From positions 1,402-65,401 of the forward strand of contig NZ_PSLG01000004.1 in NCBI RefSeq assembly GCF_040289485.1: a stretch of 64,000 nucleotides of DNA, read 5' to 3'. The notes under the pieces were generated by a model. That model was not told where the DNA came from, did not search any database, and saw only the letters and a list, made by a program, of their open reading frames with translations. The stretch comes from Thermoflexus sp. (GTDB lineage Bacteria; Chloroflexota; Anaerolineae; Thermoflexales; Thermoflexaceae). The position numbers and the translations under genes are program-made. This document shows positions 33,188 to 43,033 of the stretch, piece by piece (positions within the stretch are counted from its first letter, which is position 1; each line of letters begins with the position of its first letter).

Positions 33188-34345
33188 TCAGACGGCCCCG
33201 CTTCCATCCCCGGCCAGGCGCACCGCCAGTTGTGCGGCTTCCACCAACGTGGTCGCGGTGTGTAAGGACACCCCATCCGCCTGCTGCAGGACGCGCCGGC
33301 CTTCCTCCTCGTTTGTGCCTACCAGCCGCACCACCACCGGCACCCGAGGGCGCACCATCTCGAAGGCGGCGAGCATCCCACGAGCGACCTCGTCGCAGCG
33401 GGTGATCCCCCCGAAGATGTTGATGAGCACCGCCCGGACGTTGGGATCGGAGAGGATCAGGCGCATGGCTGCGGCGACCCGTTCGGCCCCCGCCCCGCCG
33501 CCGATGTCCAGGAAGTTGGCCGGACGCCCTCCATAGAGTTGGATGATGTCCATGGTGGCCATGGCCAGCCCTGCCCCGTTGACCATGCAGCCGATGGTGC
33601 CGTCCAGCTGCACATAACTGATCCCGTACTTGCGGGCCTCCCGCTCGGCCGGCGTCTCCTCATCCTCATCCCGCATGGCCGCCAGGTCGGGATGCCGGAA
33701 GAGGGCGTTGTCGTCGATGATCACCTTCCCATCCAGGGCGAGCAGGGCCGGGCCGGGGACCACGGCGAGGGGATTGATCTCGGCCAGGGTAGCGTCGTTC
33801 TCTTCGAAGCAGCGGTAGAGGCCCAGGGCGATCTGGGCGAAAGCAGACCACAGGGCGCGATCCAGGCCGATCCCGGCCGCCAGTCGGCGGGCCTGATACT
33901 CCCGCAGGCCCAGTTCGGGCTCGACCACCACCCGCACGATCCGTTCCGGCGTCGCCCGCGCCACCTCTTCGATATCCACCCCGCCCGCCGAGGAGGCCAT
34001 CGCCACGACACGGCGCCGGGCCCGATCGATCACCAGGCCCAGGTAGAGCTCGGCTTGGATCTCGGCGGCCTCATCCACCAGGACCCGCCGCACGGGCAGG
34101 CCTTTCAGCGTCATGCTAAGGATCTGCTCGGCGATCTGCTCCGCCTCCTCGGGGGTGCGGGCCAAGCGGATCCCGCCGGCCTTCCCGCGCCCGCCCACCA
34201 GCACCTGGGCCTTCACCACCACCGGCCTCCCCAGTTCTTTGGCGACGGCCCGGGCTTCCTCAGGGCTGGCCGCCACCTTCCCCCGAGGGATCGGGATGCC
34301 ATAGCGGGCGAAGAGTTGCTTCGACTGGAACTCGTGGAGCTTCAT
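33188..34345 (-). CDS. sucC: Succinyl-CoA synthetase beta subunit
   Basis: 'MKLHEFQSK', '[14 protein letters not shown]', 'EINPL', '[11 protein letters not shown]', 'NFLDIGG', '[10 protein letters not shown]'. Confidence 0.98.
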   Translation of the reverse strand: MKLHEFQSKQLFARYGIPIPRGKVAASPEEARAVAKELGRPVVVKAQVLVGGRGKAGGIRLARTPEEAEQIAEQILSMTLKGLPVRRVLVDEAAEIQAELYLGLVIDRARRRVVAMASSAGGVDIEEVARATPERIVRVVVEPELGLREYQARRLAAGIGLDRALWSAFAQIALGLYRCFEENDATLAEINPLAVVPGPALLALDGKVIIDDNALFRHPDLAAMRDEDEETPAEREARKYGISYVQLDGTIGCMVNGAGLAMATMDIIQLYGGRPANFLDIGGGAGAERVAAAMRLILSDPNVRAVLINIFGGITRCDEVARGMLAAFEMVRPRVPVVVRLVGTNEEEGRRVLQQADGVSLHTATTLVEAAQLAVRLAGDGSGAV

Positions 34346-34414
34346 CGGTCCCTCCAAAAACACAATTTGGAGTCGCGCGATGCGCCTTTAAGACCTCAGC
34401 CAGCCGATCTCCCC

Positions 34415-37400
34415 TCACGGCCATCGAAACGCCAACACTCGGTTTCCGCCGGCGTCGACCACCCAGACGGAGCCCTCCGGACCGACGGCGATCCCCTGTG
34501 GAAGCCCGAAGAACCCCGCGTCCTCGCCGTATTGCCCAAAACTCAGCAAGGGAATGCCCTCTTGGTTGAAGACAAGCACCCGGAAGCCAGTGGGATCTGT
34601 GACCAGGATCCGCCCCTGGAGATCCACCGCCACGTAAGGCTTGGTGGTCGGGGATTGATCCAGCCACCCCGCGATCGCCCAGGAGCGGATCGGCACACCG
34701 TCCCGGGAGACGATCTGGATGCGGCGGTTCCAGGTGTCGGCGACCACCAGGTCCCCCGAGGGCAACACGGCCAGCCCCACCGGCTCCTCGAACTGCCCGG
34801 GAGCGATCCCCGCCCCTCCCCAGGCGGCCACAAAGCGTCCCTCGCGGTCGAACACCTGGATCCGCTTGTTCCCGGTGTCCGCCACATACACACGATCCCT
34901 ATGGACCACGACCTCCCGCGGTCCGAAGAACATGCCCGGTTGCTCCCGCGGGTCCGCCGCCACCCGATAGAACGCTCCCCAGGCACGGACGAAACGGCCG
35001 TCGGCGGTGAACTGCTGGATGCGATGGTTCCACAGATCGGCCACGTAAACCGAGCCGTCTGGCCCCACAGCGATCCCCCACGGCTCGTTGAACTGTCCGG
35101 CCCCCAAGGGCAGCGGGCCGGGGCCGTCGGGGTCGACGCAGCCGGGCTGCCCGTCCTCATAGAGGGCGCAGTAGGAACCCCACGCCCGCACGAAGCGTCC
35201 GTCGGGCGTGAACACCTGCACCCGATGGTTCCGCCCATCCGTGATGTAGAGGAAGCCGTCAGGCCCCACCGCAACGTCGTGGGGCTCCTGAAAGCGACCC
35301 GGCTCGGAGCCGGGGCCACTCAGGATCCGGACCGCCATCAAAGGCTGGTGAACGCGGGCATAGGGATCGACCTCCACTGGGGCCGTCGCCCGCTCCGGCC
35401 GCAGGGGCCACGCCTTCACCGTCAGGTCCTTCCGGATGAACAGTTTAAAATCGTGGGCCAGCGGCCACTGATCCACGCGATGGGTTTTGCCGGTGATCCT
35501 GTCGTAACGTGCATAGTCGCGGCTCCAGAAGATATCCCAGAGGGCCGCCCGCCGCTCCGGATCCGCCAGCCAGCGGATCAGGCGCTCCCAGGTCAGTTCC
35601 CGGTAGTCCTCCATGGGCCACCAGATCAGGTGGTATTGGTAGGCTTCATGGGTGGTCCGAAGGACGTTCTCCACCTTATGCCAGTTGGCGCTGCCCACGA
35701 TGACCACCGGCGATTCCAGGGCTTCCCGATTCGGGGTCTCGCCGAAATAACGCTGTGGCCAGTCCCGCAGATACCAACTGAACGGCCATGAAGCGTCGTT
35801 GTCGTAGGCCACCACCACCTGGTCCCGGCCTAGGATGCGGGCGAGGTCCTCGATCTGGCGCATGGCGATCTTGACCCCAGGCCCCCCGTGGGCATAGACG
35901 CCGTGCTCGAGGGCCAAATCGTAATTGATGAAACTGAACCGCCAGGCCACGCGCACGGTGGCGAAGATCAGCGCGAGCAGGGCGACCACGCCCACGGACT
36001 CCAGGAACCCGCCCAGGCCCAGGCGCGGCCACAGCCAACCCCAGACCCCCCCGATGACCCCCACAGCGATCAAGGCCGCTAGCGCCTGGTTAGCGGCCAC
36101 GAGGGACGGCAGGGACGCCCCCGCCAGGGCCTGGGGGACCGCCTCCCGCAACCCGAGGAGGGCAGCCCCAAAGGGAGGGACCAAGAGGGCGGCCCACCCG
36201 CCGCCGCTCCGCCACCATCGGGCCCAGTCCAGCGCCCCCAGGGTATCATTCAAGAAGGCCGCCGAGAGCAGGATCATAGGCGTCGTCAGGTGCACGGTGA
36301 GCCAGGGCATCTTTTCCCCGGCCAGGGTGTAGGCGGCCCACGAGAGAACGGTCCACGCACCCAGGAACCCCCGGAACGCCCAGCCCCAACGGTCCCCCAC
36401 CGGTGCGTCGGCGACCCAGCGCCCTAGATAGAAACCGATGGCCAGCAGGGAGAGGAGCAGCGGCATGAACTCATACATGGGCGCGATAACGAAATAGTAA
36501 AACAGCGGCTGGCTCCCCCGCTGCACGCACTGCTGAGCCAGCCAGTAGCCCAGCGAGCCGATGTAGCCAGTGGCCACCCCCGCCCCGTTGGTGAAGAACG
36601 TGGTGAACAGCGGTAGGGAGATGCCGAAGAAGATCCCCATCAGGACCGGCCATCGTCCGGGATCCCACGCCATCCCGATGGCCGTGCTGAGGGCACCGAA
36701 GAGAAGGAACAAGAGGAGCACGCGGATCATCTCCTCGGTGAGCCCGCTGAAGGCGCCGCCCTCGAAGAGGGACATCGAGGCGAAAGGACGGCCAGCGAAC
36801 AACAGCCAGACCGGGTTGAGCCAGACCAGACCGGCGGCCGAGAGCATCCAGAGGCTCAGCCCCCCAATGACCACCATCAGATCGAAGGCCGGCTGCTCCC
36901 GCAACCGGTCGCGGCCCCAGCGGCCGACCAGGACCGCCGCCAGCAGCCCGATCCCGCCCAGGGCCGCCAGCCCACCTCCCAAGGCCAGCCAGCGCCCGCC
37001 GGTCGGGATGCCCTCCGGCCGGCAGACGAAGGCACCCGGGATGGCCTCGCGGCCGGATTCCAGGCCGATGAGCATCACCAAGCCCCCGGCCAGGAGCAGC
37101 CCGGTCCCCACCCCCAACCGGGTTCGGTCCTGCCGGGTGCAGCGCGGATCCCGCAACACGGCAGCAGCCCAGGCCCCGAAGAGCAAGAGCCCGAAAATGG
37201 CCAGATAGATGAAGGCGGCCTCCATCGTCGTGTAGAACAGGGCCACCATCGCCGCCAGGCCATATAGCCAGCGGGGCTCTCGTGTCTCCAGATAGGCGAA
37301 GAGCATCCAGACAGTGAGGACCGCCCACAGGGCCATCAGCCCCTCGTCCCGGATGTAACGGCTGTGGTAGAGGATCATCGGCGAGATGAGGAAGAAGAGG

Positions 37401-37783
37401 GCTGCCAGAAGGCTGCCCCAGCGCCCCAGCCAACGACGCAGGAAAATGGGCGTGAGAACCAAGAGGATCCCAGCCAGGGCCACCGGGAGCCGGCCGGTGA
37501 AATCGTCCGCCCCGAACAGGAGATAGGCCAGGGCGTCCAGGTGGAATTTCAGGGGGCCGTGCATCAAAGGAGTGTGTTGAAATCCCTTGCCCTGAGCCAG
37601 CAGCCACGCGTAATAGACGTGCAGGCTCTCGTCGTGGCTCATCACCCGCTCGCCCAACCGCCACAACCGGGTGAAGATCGCCGCGGCGAGCAGGAAGCCG
37701 TAGGCCCAGCGCTCGAAAGGGGAAAGACCGGCCAGCAGATCGCGCCAGCGGGATTGCAGGGAACGTTCCGGCGTCCTCACCAT
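34415..37783 (-). CDS. TIGR03663/Agl23-like GT-C membrane protein with C-terminal NHL beta-propeller
   Basis: 'MSHDESLH', 'HGP', 'SRYIRDE', 'GSLGYWLAQQ..QRGSQP..YY', 'AGEKMPWL', followed by repeated 'F.EP.G.AV...G..YVAD..N.RIQ.F' NHL units. Confidence 0.85.
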   Translation of the reverse strand: MVRTPERSLQSRWRDLLAGLSPFERWAYGFLLAAAIFTRLWRLGERVMSHDESLHVYYAWLLAQGKGFQHTPLMHGPLKFHLDALAYLLFGADDFTGRLPVALAGILLVLTPIFLRRWLGRWGSLLAALFFLISPMILYHSRYIRDEGLMALWAVLTVWMLFAYLETREPRWLYGLAAMVALFYTTMEAAFIYLAIFGLLLFGAWAAAVLRDPRCTRQDRTRLGVGTGLLLAGGLVMLIGLESGREAIPGAFVCRPEGIPTGGRWLALGGGLAALGGIGLLAAVLVGRWGRDRLREQPAFDLMVVIGGLSLWMLSAAGLVWLNPVWLLFAGRPFASMSLFEGGAFSGLTEEMIRVLLLFLLFGALSTAIGMAWDPGRWPVLMGIFFGISLPLFTTFFTNGAGVATGYIGSLGYWLAQQCVQRGSQPLFYYFVIAPMYEFMPLLLSLLAIGFYLGRWVADAPVGDRWGWAFRGFLGAWTVLSWAAYTLAGEKMPWLTVHLTTPMILLSAAFLNDTLGALDWARWWRSGGGWAALLVPPFGAALLGLREAVPQALAGASLPSLVAANQALAALIAVGVIGGVWGWLWPRLGLGGFLESVGVVALLALIFATVRVAWRFSFINYDLALEHGVYAHGGPGVKIAMRQIEDLARILGRDQVVVAYDNDASWPFSWYLRDWPQRYFGETPNREALESPVVIVGSANWHKVENVLRTTHEAYQYHLIWWPMEDYRELTWERLIRWLADPERRAALWDIFWSRDYARYDRITGKTHRVDQWPLAHDFKLFIRKDLTVKAWPLRPERATAPVEVDPYARVHQPLMAVRILSGPGSEPGRFQEPHDVAVGPDGFLYITDGRNHRVQVFTPDGRFVRAWGSYCALYEDGQPGCVDPDGPGPLPLGAGQFNEPWGIAVGPDGSVYVADLWNHRIQQFTADGRFVRAWGAFYRVAADPREQPGMFFGPREVVVHRDRVYVADTGNKRIQVFDREGRFVAAWGGAGIAPGQFEEPVGLAVLPSGDLVVADTWNRRIQIVSRDGVPIRSWAIAGWLDQSPTTKPYVAVDLQGRILVTDPTGFRVLVFNQEGIPLLSFGQYGEDAGFFGLPQGIAVGPEGSVWVVDAGGNRVLAFRWP

Positions 37784-37850
37784 CCCCAGGGCTCCTTGGC
37801 CGCTGTGGTCCGCCCACCTACCGAAACTTTCCGTCGACAACCGGATGCGG

Positions 37851-37859
37851 ATTATAGCA
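37851..37859 (-). promoter_or_regulatory. Extended -10 upstream of the TIGR03663-like gene
   Basis: TGCTATAAT on the minus strand. Confidence 0.6.
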
Positions 37860-37867
37860 CGCGGCTT

Positions 37868-39487
37868 TCATGGAACGGGAAGCCGCGCCCAGAGGACCGC
37901 CTCTGGGCGAGGGAGGCGCATCGGGTCGATCGGATCGATGCGGACGGAGAAGGGACGCCCAACCCAACGGTCCGGCTCCATGGGCAACGCCACTCCCGCC
38001 GGCGCGATCCAGAATTCCTTCTCTTCTTCCAGCGCAGCTGGCGGCGCCGCGACCACCCGAACCGAGAAGTCCCGGAGGGTCCATCGCCAAAAGATCGCCT
38101 CTGGCCCCTCGGTCACCACCCCGATCCGCAAGGCCCCCGGTATCTCTTTCCGGATCGCCGCTTGCTCCCGGAGGAAGGCCCGGAGCCCGGCGACCTCGGG
38201 AGCGGTCATCTCCGACCAGGAAAGCCCAGGCATCGGATCGACCCGCCGCACCACGGCCGTCATCGCCGCCCCCTGCGCCCCTGCCAGGACCAGGAGGATG
38301 CCCACCAATCCCCCGGCGAGGGCAGGGCTCCGGATCCCTCCCTCGGAAAACCCCGTGGAAGAGAGACTCCCCATAAGCCAGATCACCATCCCCAGCAATC
38401 CCAGCACTCCAGCCAGGAACAACCAGCGGGCCCCTTCCGGTCGGACATCCCACGTAGCCGCAGCGACCACGAGGATGGCCCCTACTCCGCTCATTCCTGC
38501 CGCCGCCGCCGCCACGCCTGGCCGGGCCCGAAAAGCCGGCGCCAGGGCCTCCCACAGCCCTTGAACCGCATGCCCCGCCAGCGCCACCCAGGGGACCAGA
38601 AGGACGGCGTGCTCGGTGAACGGCGCGCCCCAGCGGATCCCTCCCAGGACCAGCACCAGGAGCGCCCCGATGCCCAGGGTGGTCCCGGGGCGATCCCGGT
38701 TCCGGATGGCACGGATCCAGCCCGCTAGCCCCAGGAGGAAGATCCCGCCCTCGAAGCGGAGCAGGGCCTGGAGCACCAGCCAGCCGTGGAGCGCCGGCTC
38801 CGGTCGGAAGCCTCCCATCCAGGCGGTGAGCCCATCGATCGCCTCCCGCAGGCCGGACGGCCGCAGCCCCGCTCCGGTCGCCGCCAGCACGAAAACCGCC
38901 CCCGCCCGGGCCAGCGTCCTCCAGCGAGGAAGGGGCTCTCCTCGTCGGGCCAGCCCGAACAGTGGCAGCAGCCCCACGGCTCCGGTCCAGAAGGCCGGGC
39001 CGGCGGCCGCGCCGATCCCCAGGGCCAGAGCCAGTCCCCATTCTCGCCATGCGAGGGAGGTCATCCAGAGGGCGAGGACGGCGGCCCAGGCAGCGGCCGC
39101 CGCGCTCCCGCCGTCCAGAAACCGGGAGGCCGCGGCAGCGCTGGGAGAGAGGATCCAGAGGACGATCGCCCCGAGAGCCCCGGCGGTTCCCAAGGTCGGC
39201 CGCATCGCCCAGAGAGCAAGCGCCACCAGGGCGCCGGCCACCAGCGCCCCGGACCGCATCCATCCTTCATCGGGGCCGAAGATCCCGAAGACCAGGGTGT
39301 TCCAGACGGCCCCCAGAGGGCTTCCCCCCATCGGCAGCGGGCCGCCCTGCCAGGCGGCCCAAGCCTGGAGGACCTCCCAGGGGGCTGCCGGGCGCCGGTC
39401 CAGCCCCCAACCCCATCCCAAGAGAACGACCCCTATCAGACCGAGCAGGAACCAGATCCCCCCCTGAGGTGAGTGTTCCTCCTTCAT
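37868..39487 (-). CDS. Polytopic membrane protein, probable degenerate GT-C/TIGR03663-like paralogue
   Basis: About 13 hydrophobic helices with a PMT/ArnT-like layout; 4-nt overlap with the upstream gene; the catalytic 'DE' motif is not recognisable. Confidence 0.6.
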   Translation of the reverse strand: MKEEHSPQGGIWFLLGLIGVVLLGWGWGLDRRPAAPWEVLQAWAAWQGGPLPMGGSPLGAVWNTLVFGIFGPDEGWMRSGALVAGALVALALWAMRPTLGTAGALGAIVLWILSPSAAAASRFLDGGSAAAAAWAAVLALWMTSLAWREWGLALALGIGAAAGPAFWTGAVGLLPLFGLARRGEPLPRWRTLARAGAVFVLAATGAGLRPSGLREAIDGLTAWMGGFRPEPALHGWLVLQALLRFEGGIFLLGLAGWIRAIRNRDRPGTTLGIGALLVLVLGGIRWGAPFTEHAVLLVPWVALAGHAVQGLWEALAPAFRARPGVAAAAAGMSGVGAILVVAAATWDVRPEGARWLFLAGVLGLLGMVIWLMGSLSSTGFSEGGIRSPALAGGLVGILLVLAGAQGAAMTAVVRRVDPMPGLSWSEMTAPEVAGLRAFLREQAAIRKEIPGALRIGVVTEGPEAIFWRWTLRDFSVRVVAAPPAALEEEKEFWIAPAGVALPMEPDRWVGRPFSVRIDPIDPMRLPRPEAVLWARLPVP

Positions 39488-41928
39488 CCGACCCGCCTCC
39501 GGTAGATCACCGTCTTCCCCTGGCGGAACACAGGCTCCAGCAACTGTTCGAACTTACGCAGGGCCTGAGGAGGGAAGTTCTGGCGCTCGGTGCGGCCCAC
39601 GATCACATACGCGATCTCATATTTTTCTAGGAGGGCGAGGGTTCGCTCCAGATCCGTGGACAGCCAGAGAACCTCGAGGTCCGGCTCGCGGGCGGCGATC
39701 GGCGCGTAGGAGCCCCGCCACTGGTGCTCGTGGCCGGCCCAACCCAGAACTGTGGGCAGGCCCGTGTGGGCGGCGAAGCGGCCGAACTCCGGCTGGAAGG
39801 AGATCCCCCGCCAGCCAGGGGCCTCTAGGATGACCGGCGTCCCCTGCACCGTTTGGTTCAGCCACTCGATGGCCGCCAGGTCGTCCGGCGCCCACTCCCC
39901 CAAGTAGGCATAACCGTCCAGCGTGGGGGGGCGGGCGAAAAAATCGGCCTTGATCGGGATCATGAGCGCCGGGTAGAGGGCCGCCCAGGCGATCATCCCT
40001 GCAAACCCGAAGGCCAAGGCCGGCCGCGCGGCCCGGGCTTCCTCCCAGAGAACCCCCATCCCCCAGGCCAGGGCCACGCTCCAGAGCACCCAGGTCTGGA
40101 AATAAAACTTGAACACCGTGTTCATACGGGTGCCGAAGAAATCCCGCAGGAAGACGAACTCCACGGCCCAGGCCAGGGCCGCGCCGAAGACAATCAACAG
40201 CCCGACGAAGGATTCCACCCCTCCCCGCCCTTTCCCCCAGAGGCCAACGGCCCCCGCGCCGATCCCAGCCAGGACCATCGGCACCCACGGCCCGCTGGCG
40301 GGCAGGGCCCGCCCGCCGATCTCTACCGTCCCATCGATCAGGCGGCCCACCACCCACGGCTCCAAAGCGGACAGAGAGACCGGCGATCCGGGGAGTGCGA
40401 TTCCCAGCGTCAAGGCCAAACGGTAGAGGATCACCAAACCCAGCACCGGGGCCGCCCCCAGGGCCAGCGCCCCGACCAGCACCCGCCCTCCCCAGCGCGT
40501 CCATCCCAGCGTTCCCTCTCGGGCCCGGCGGAAGGCCTGATGCCCCACCCAGAGGAGGAGGCCGGCGAGATGGAGCCCGAACATCACCAGGAACTGAGGA
40601 AGGCGCGTGCCGTTATACAGGTTCGGCAGCAACCCCCCGGCCTGAGAGCGGAACCCCAGGTAGAAGGGCAAATACAAAAGGAAACCCGGGATCAGGACGC
40701 CGAGCCCGAGAGCCATCCCTTCCCGGATCCAGGCTTGAGGCGGGCGATCGGCGCTCCATGCGCCCAGCCCCCACGCCGCCCAAAGCAGGCCGGTATAGAT
40801 CGGGAAATCCCAGGTGTTCAGGAAAGCCAGCCCGCCCAAAACAACCGGCAACGCCCCCCACCACGGTCCGTTCTCTGCCAGTTGATCCCTCAGGCTTCGA
40901 GAGGCAGGGGCCGCGGAGGCGATGCGGAAGGCTGCCAGCGCCAGCGCTGCCGCTGTGAGGGCGAACGGAAGGGCCAGGACATGGGGGTGCAGGTCCCCCA
41001 GCAAGAAACTGAACTGAGGGAACTCATCGATCACCTCTTGGTGTTGGCCATCTGGCGTGTAATCCCGGATCACCCGGGAGGCCCGCCACCAGGCCCAGGG
41101 GCGATCCGCAGGCGGCCAGCACGCCGGCCACGGGCGCTGGGGCGGCGGCGTGTTCAATTCCGGGATGTCCAGCCATTCCCAGAACTTGGGATCCCGAATC
41201 CAGCCGCAGGCATGGGCCAGATCCAGAAGGGCCTCGGCGTTGCCGGCCAGGCCGACCCAAAAGGCCCCCAGCAACGCCACCACCAGGGCCGTCCGCGGCT
41301 GCCCCGGCCGGTAGAGGCGCCACAAGTTCAGGGTCAAGCCGGCGGCCGCTGTCACGGTCATAGCGAACCATGCCGCGACCCCCAGGTTGAATGTCAGACG
41401 GGTGGGGAGCCCGGAGAGCTCCGTGAGGAAACCCAGGAGCACATAGCCGAAGTAATAGTAACTGATGGCGAAGCCGGAGAGCCAGGGGTCATGAGGGGGG
41501 AAGCGATCCGCCCGGACCACCGCGTTGAGGAAGGCCAGTTCCATAGGTTTCTCGGTGTAGGTGATCTCCGGATTGTAGGCTCGGAAGGCTGCCCAGCCGG
41601 CGAAGGAGAGGGCGAACAGCACCTCGTAGAAAGCCACCAGGGAACGATGGGCCCGGAGCCATTCCCAGGGGGACTCCCCGCCCCGGTCGGCCAGCCACAG
41701 CCCCATCGCAGCGACCACCCCCCATGCGGCCAGGGCGCCGCCGGGCGAGACGGGGAGCCACCCCATGCTGCCGCCCCACCACCAAAGGAAGCCCAGCAAC
41801 AGCAGCCCCAAGGGACGGGCGCAGGCGAGGCCGCGGTCAGGGAGCCATCGGAACACCCCAAACACCAGAGGCCACGTCGAGAAGCCGATCGCCGCCAGCA
41901 GGAGCCACCAGAGGAAAACAGGGAACAT
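39484..41928 (-). CDS. DUF2298 / Chlor_Arch_YYY (TIGR03662) membrane protein
   Basis: 'EKPMELAFLNAV', 'PPHDPWLSG..ISYYYFGY', 'IDEFPQFSFLLGDLHPHV', 'NTWDFP', 'RMNTVFKFY', 'GLPTVLGW.GHE.QWR'. Confidence 0.88.
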   Translation of the reverse strand: MFPVFLWWLLLAAIGFSTWPLVFGVFRWLPDRGLACARPLGLLLLGFLWWWGGSMGWLPVSPGGALAAWGVVAAMGLWLADRGGESPWEWLRAHRSLVAFYEVLFALSFAGWAAFRAYNPEITYTEKPMELAFLNAVVRADRFPPHDPWLSGFAISYYYFGYVLLGFLTELSGLPTRLTFNLGVAAWFAMTVTAAAGLTLNLWRLYRPGQPRTALVVALLGAFWVGLAGNAEALLDLAHACGWIRDPKFWEWLDIPELNTPPPQRPWPACWPPADRPWAWWRASRVIRDYTPDGQHQEVIDEFPQFSFLLGDLHPHVLALPFALTAAALALAAFRIASAAPASRSLRDQLAENGPWWGALPVVLGGLAFLNTWDFPIYTGLLWAAWGLGAWSADRPPQAWIREGMALGLGVLIPGFLLYLPFYLGFRSQAGGLLPNLYNGTRLPQFLVMFGLHLAGLLLWVGHQAFRRAREGTLGWTRWGGRVLVGALALGAAPVLGLVILYRLALTLGIALPGSPVSLSALEPWVVGRLIDGTVEIGGRALPASGPWVPMVLAGIGAGAVGLWGKGRGGVESFVGLLIVFGAALAWAVEFVFLRDFFGTRMNTVFKFYFQTWVLWSVALAWGMGVLWEEARAARPALAFGFAGMIAWAALYPALMIPIKADFFARPPTLDGYAYLGEWAPDDLAAIEWLNQTVQGTPVILEAPGWRGISFQPEFGRFAAHTGLPTVLGWAGHEHQWRGSYAPIAAREPDLEVLWLSTDLERTLALLEKYEIAYVIVGRTERQNFPPQALRKFEQLLEPVFRQGKTVIYRRRVG

Positions 41929-41961
41929 GGCAGGCAGCCGGGCTCGGACGCAGGGGCCTCT

Positions 41962-42846
41962 TCATGCCGAAGACGGAGGTTCGGGGGCCACGTCCTCCGG
42001 ATACGTGTAGACCTCCATGCCCATCTGCCGCGCCAGATCATGAGCCCGTGGCTCGATCATGGGGGAGATCAAGATGCGTCGAGCGACGGGGAGGCCGGTG
42101 CGGCGGGTGTAGAACTCGGCTTTCCGCTGGAAAACGGCCACATCGCCCCGGCTCACCGAAGAGCGGATCTCGATCAGGATGGCCCTCCCATCCCGGATCA
42201 CCACATCGATCTCCACCTGATCGGGGCGCCCGAAGACATAACCCTCGGTGTCCATGGCCAGGAAGCGCTCCACCTTCCAGCCCGCCTCCTGCAGGATGGC
42301 CGCCATCCCATCCCGGAAAGCCCCCTCGCTGTAGAGGCCCCAGCGGGCCCCGAGGGCCCCGATCGTCGCGCCCAGACGGCGGATCTCATGGGAATGCCGT
42401 TCTACTGCCGCCAGAAGCCGCTCATGAACCTGAGAGTGATAATCCACTCGAGCCCCCAGCGCCCGGATGGCCTCCGAATGCTCCTCCACCCGCGCCACCA
42501 GCGCCCGAATGGCCTCCGAATGCTCCTCCAAACGCCGCGAATGCTCCTCCACCCGCGCCATCAACGCCCGAATGGCCTCCGAGTGCTCCTCCAAACGCCG
42601 CGAATGCGCCTGGGTCACCTCGATCAGCCGCTGGATGGCCTCCCACATCCTGGCCGATTCCCGTTGATAGGCTTTCCATTGCTCCTCTGCCTCCCTCCGG
42701 AAAGCCCGCAACTCGGAGAGCACTTCCTCCCACGGGCGCAACACCTCCTCCACCACCTCTCGGAGGACGAGGCGCAGGGCAGGATCCTCCCGGAGCCATT
42801 GCGGCAGGGCCTGGCGCACCTCCTCCTTCAGTTCCTCGAGAGCCAT
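41962..42846 (-). CDS. DUF3782/COG5493-like coiled-coil + PD-(D/E)XK-fold protein
   Basis: Heptad repeats, then 'GARWG..SE.AFR.G', 'VEIDVVI...ILIEIRSSVSRGDV..F.RK..FY'. Confidence 0.8.
   Translation of the reverse strand: MALEELKEEVRQALPQWLREDPALRLVLREVVEEVLRPWEEVLSELRAFRREAEEQWKAYQRESARMWEAIQRLIEVTQAHSRRLEEHSEAIRALMARVEEHSRRLEEHSEAIRALVARVEEHSEAIRALGARVDYHSQVHERLLAAVERHSHEIRRLGATIGALGARWGLYSEGAFRDGMAAILQEAGWKVERFLAMDTEGYVFGRPDQVEIDVVIRDGRAILIEIRSSVSRGDVAVFQRKAEFYTRRTGLPVARRILISPMIEPRAHDLARQMGMEVYTYPEDVAPEPPSSA
42460..42607. repeat. Intragenic tandem repeats (42-nt and 21-nt modules) encoding EEHSEAIRALxARV / EEHSRRL
   Basis: GCCCG(G/A)ATGGCCTCCGA(A/G)TGCTCCTCCA units start at 42461, 42503 and 42566. 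Confidence 0.88.
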
Positions 42847-42951
42847 TCCCCCCTCCGGAAACAGGGTGCACGCTGAAGACGTCTTCGCTCTTTCCACCTC
42901 TCAGGTCATATTTTAATCCAATCCGATTGGAAGGATCCAGCAAAACAGCAA

Positions 42952-42979
42952 GGCCAGGACCGTGGGGAAGGTCCTGGCC
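42952..42979 (-). terminator. Rho-independent terminator after the F0 genes
   Basis: 10-bp stem GGCCAGGACC-N8-GGTCCTGGCC followed on the minus strand by TTGCTGTTTT. Confidence 0.75.
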
Positions 42980-43033
42980 CTACCATCCTTAACCGGGTGA
43001 CCAGAGAGATGGTTCCGTCTGCCGTCTCCGGCT

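Noticed and set aside
42460-42607. Short repeats as a possible CRISPR array
   Set aside because: They are in-frame coding repeats with no unique spacers and no cas genes.
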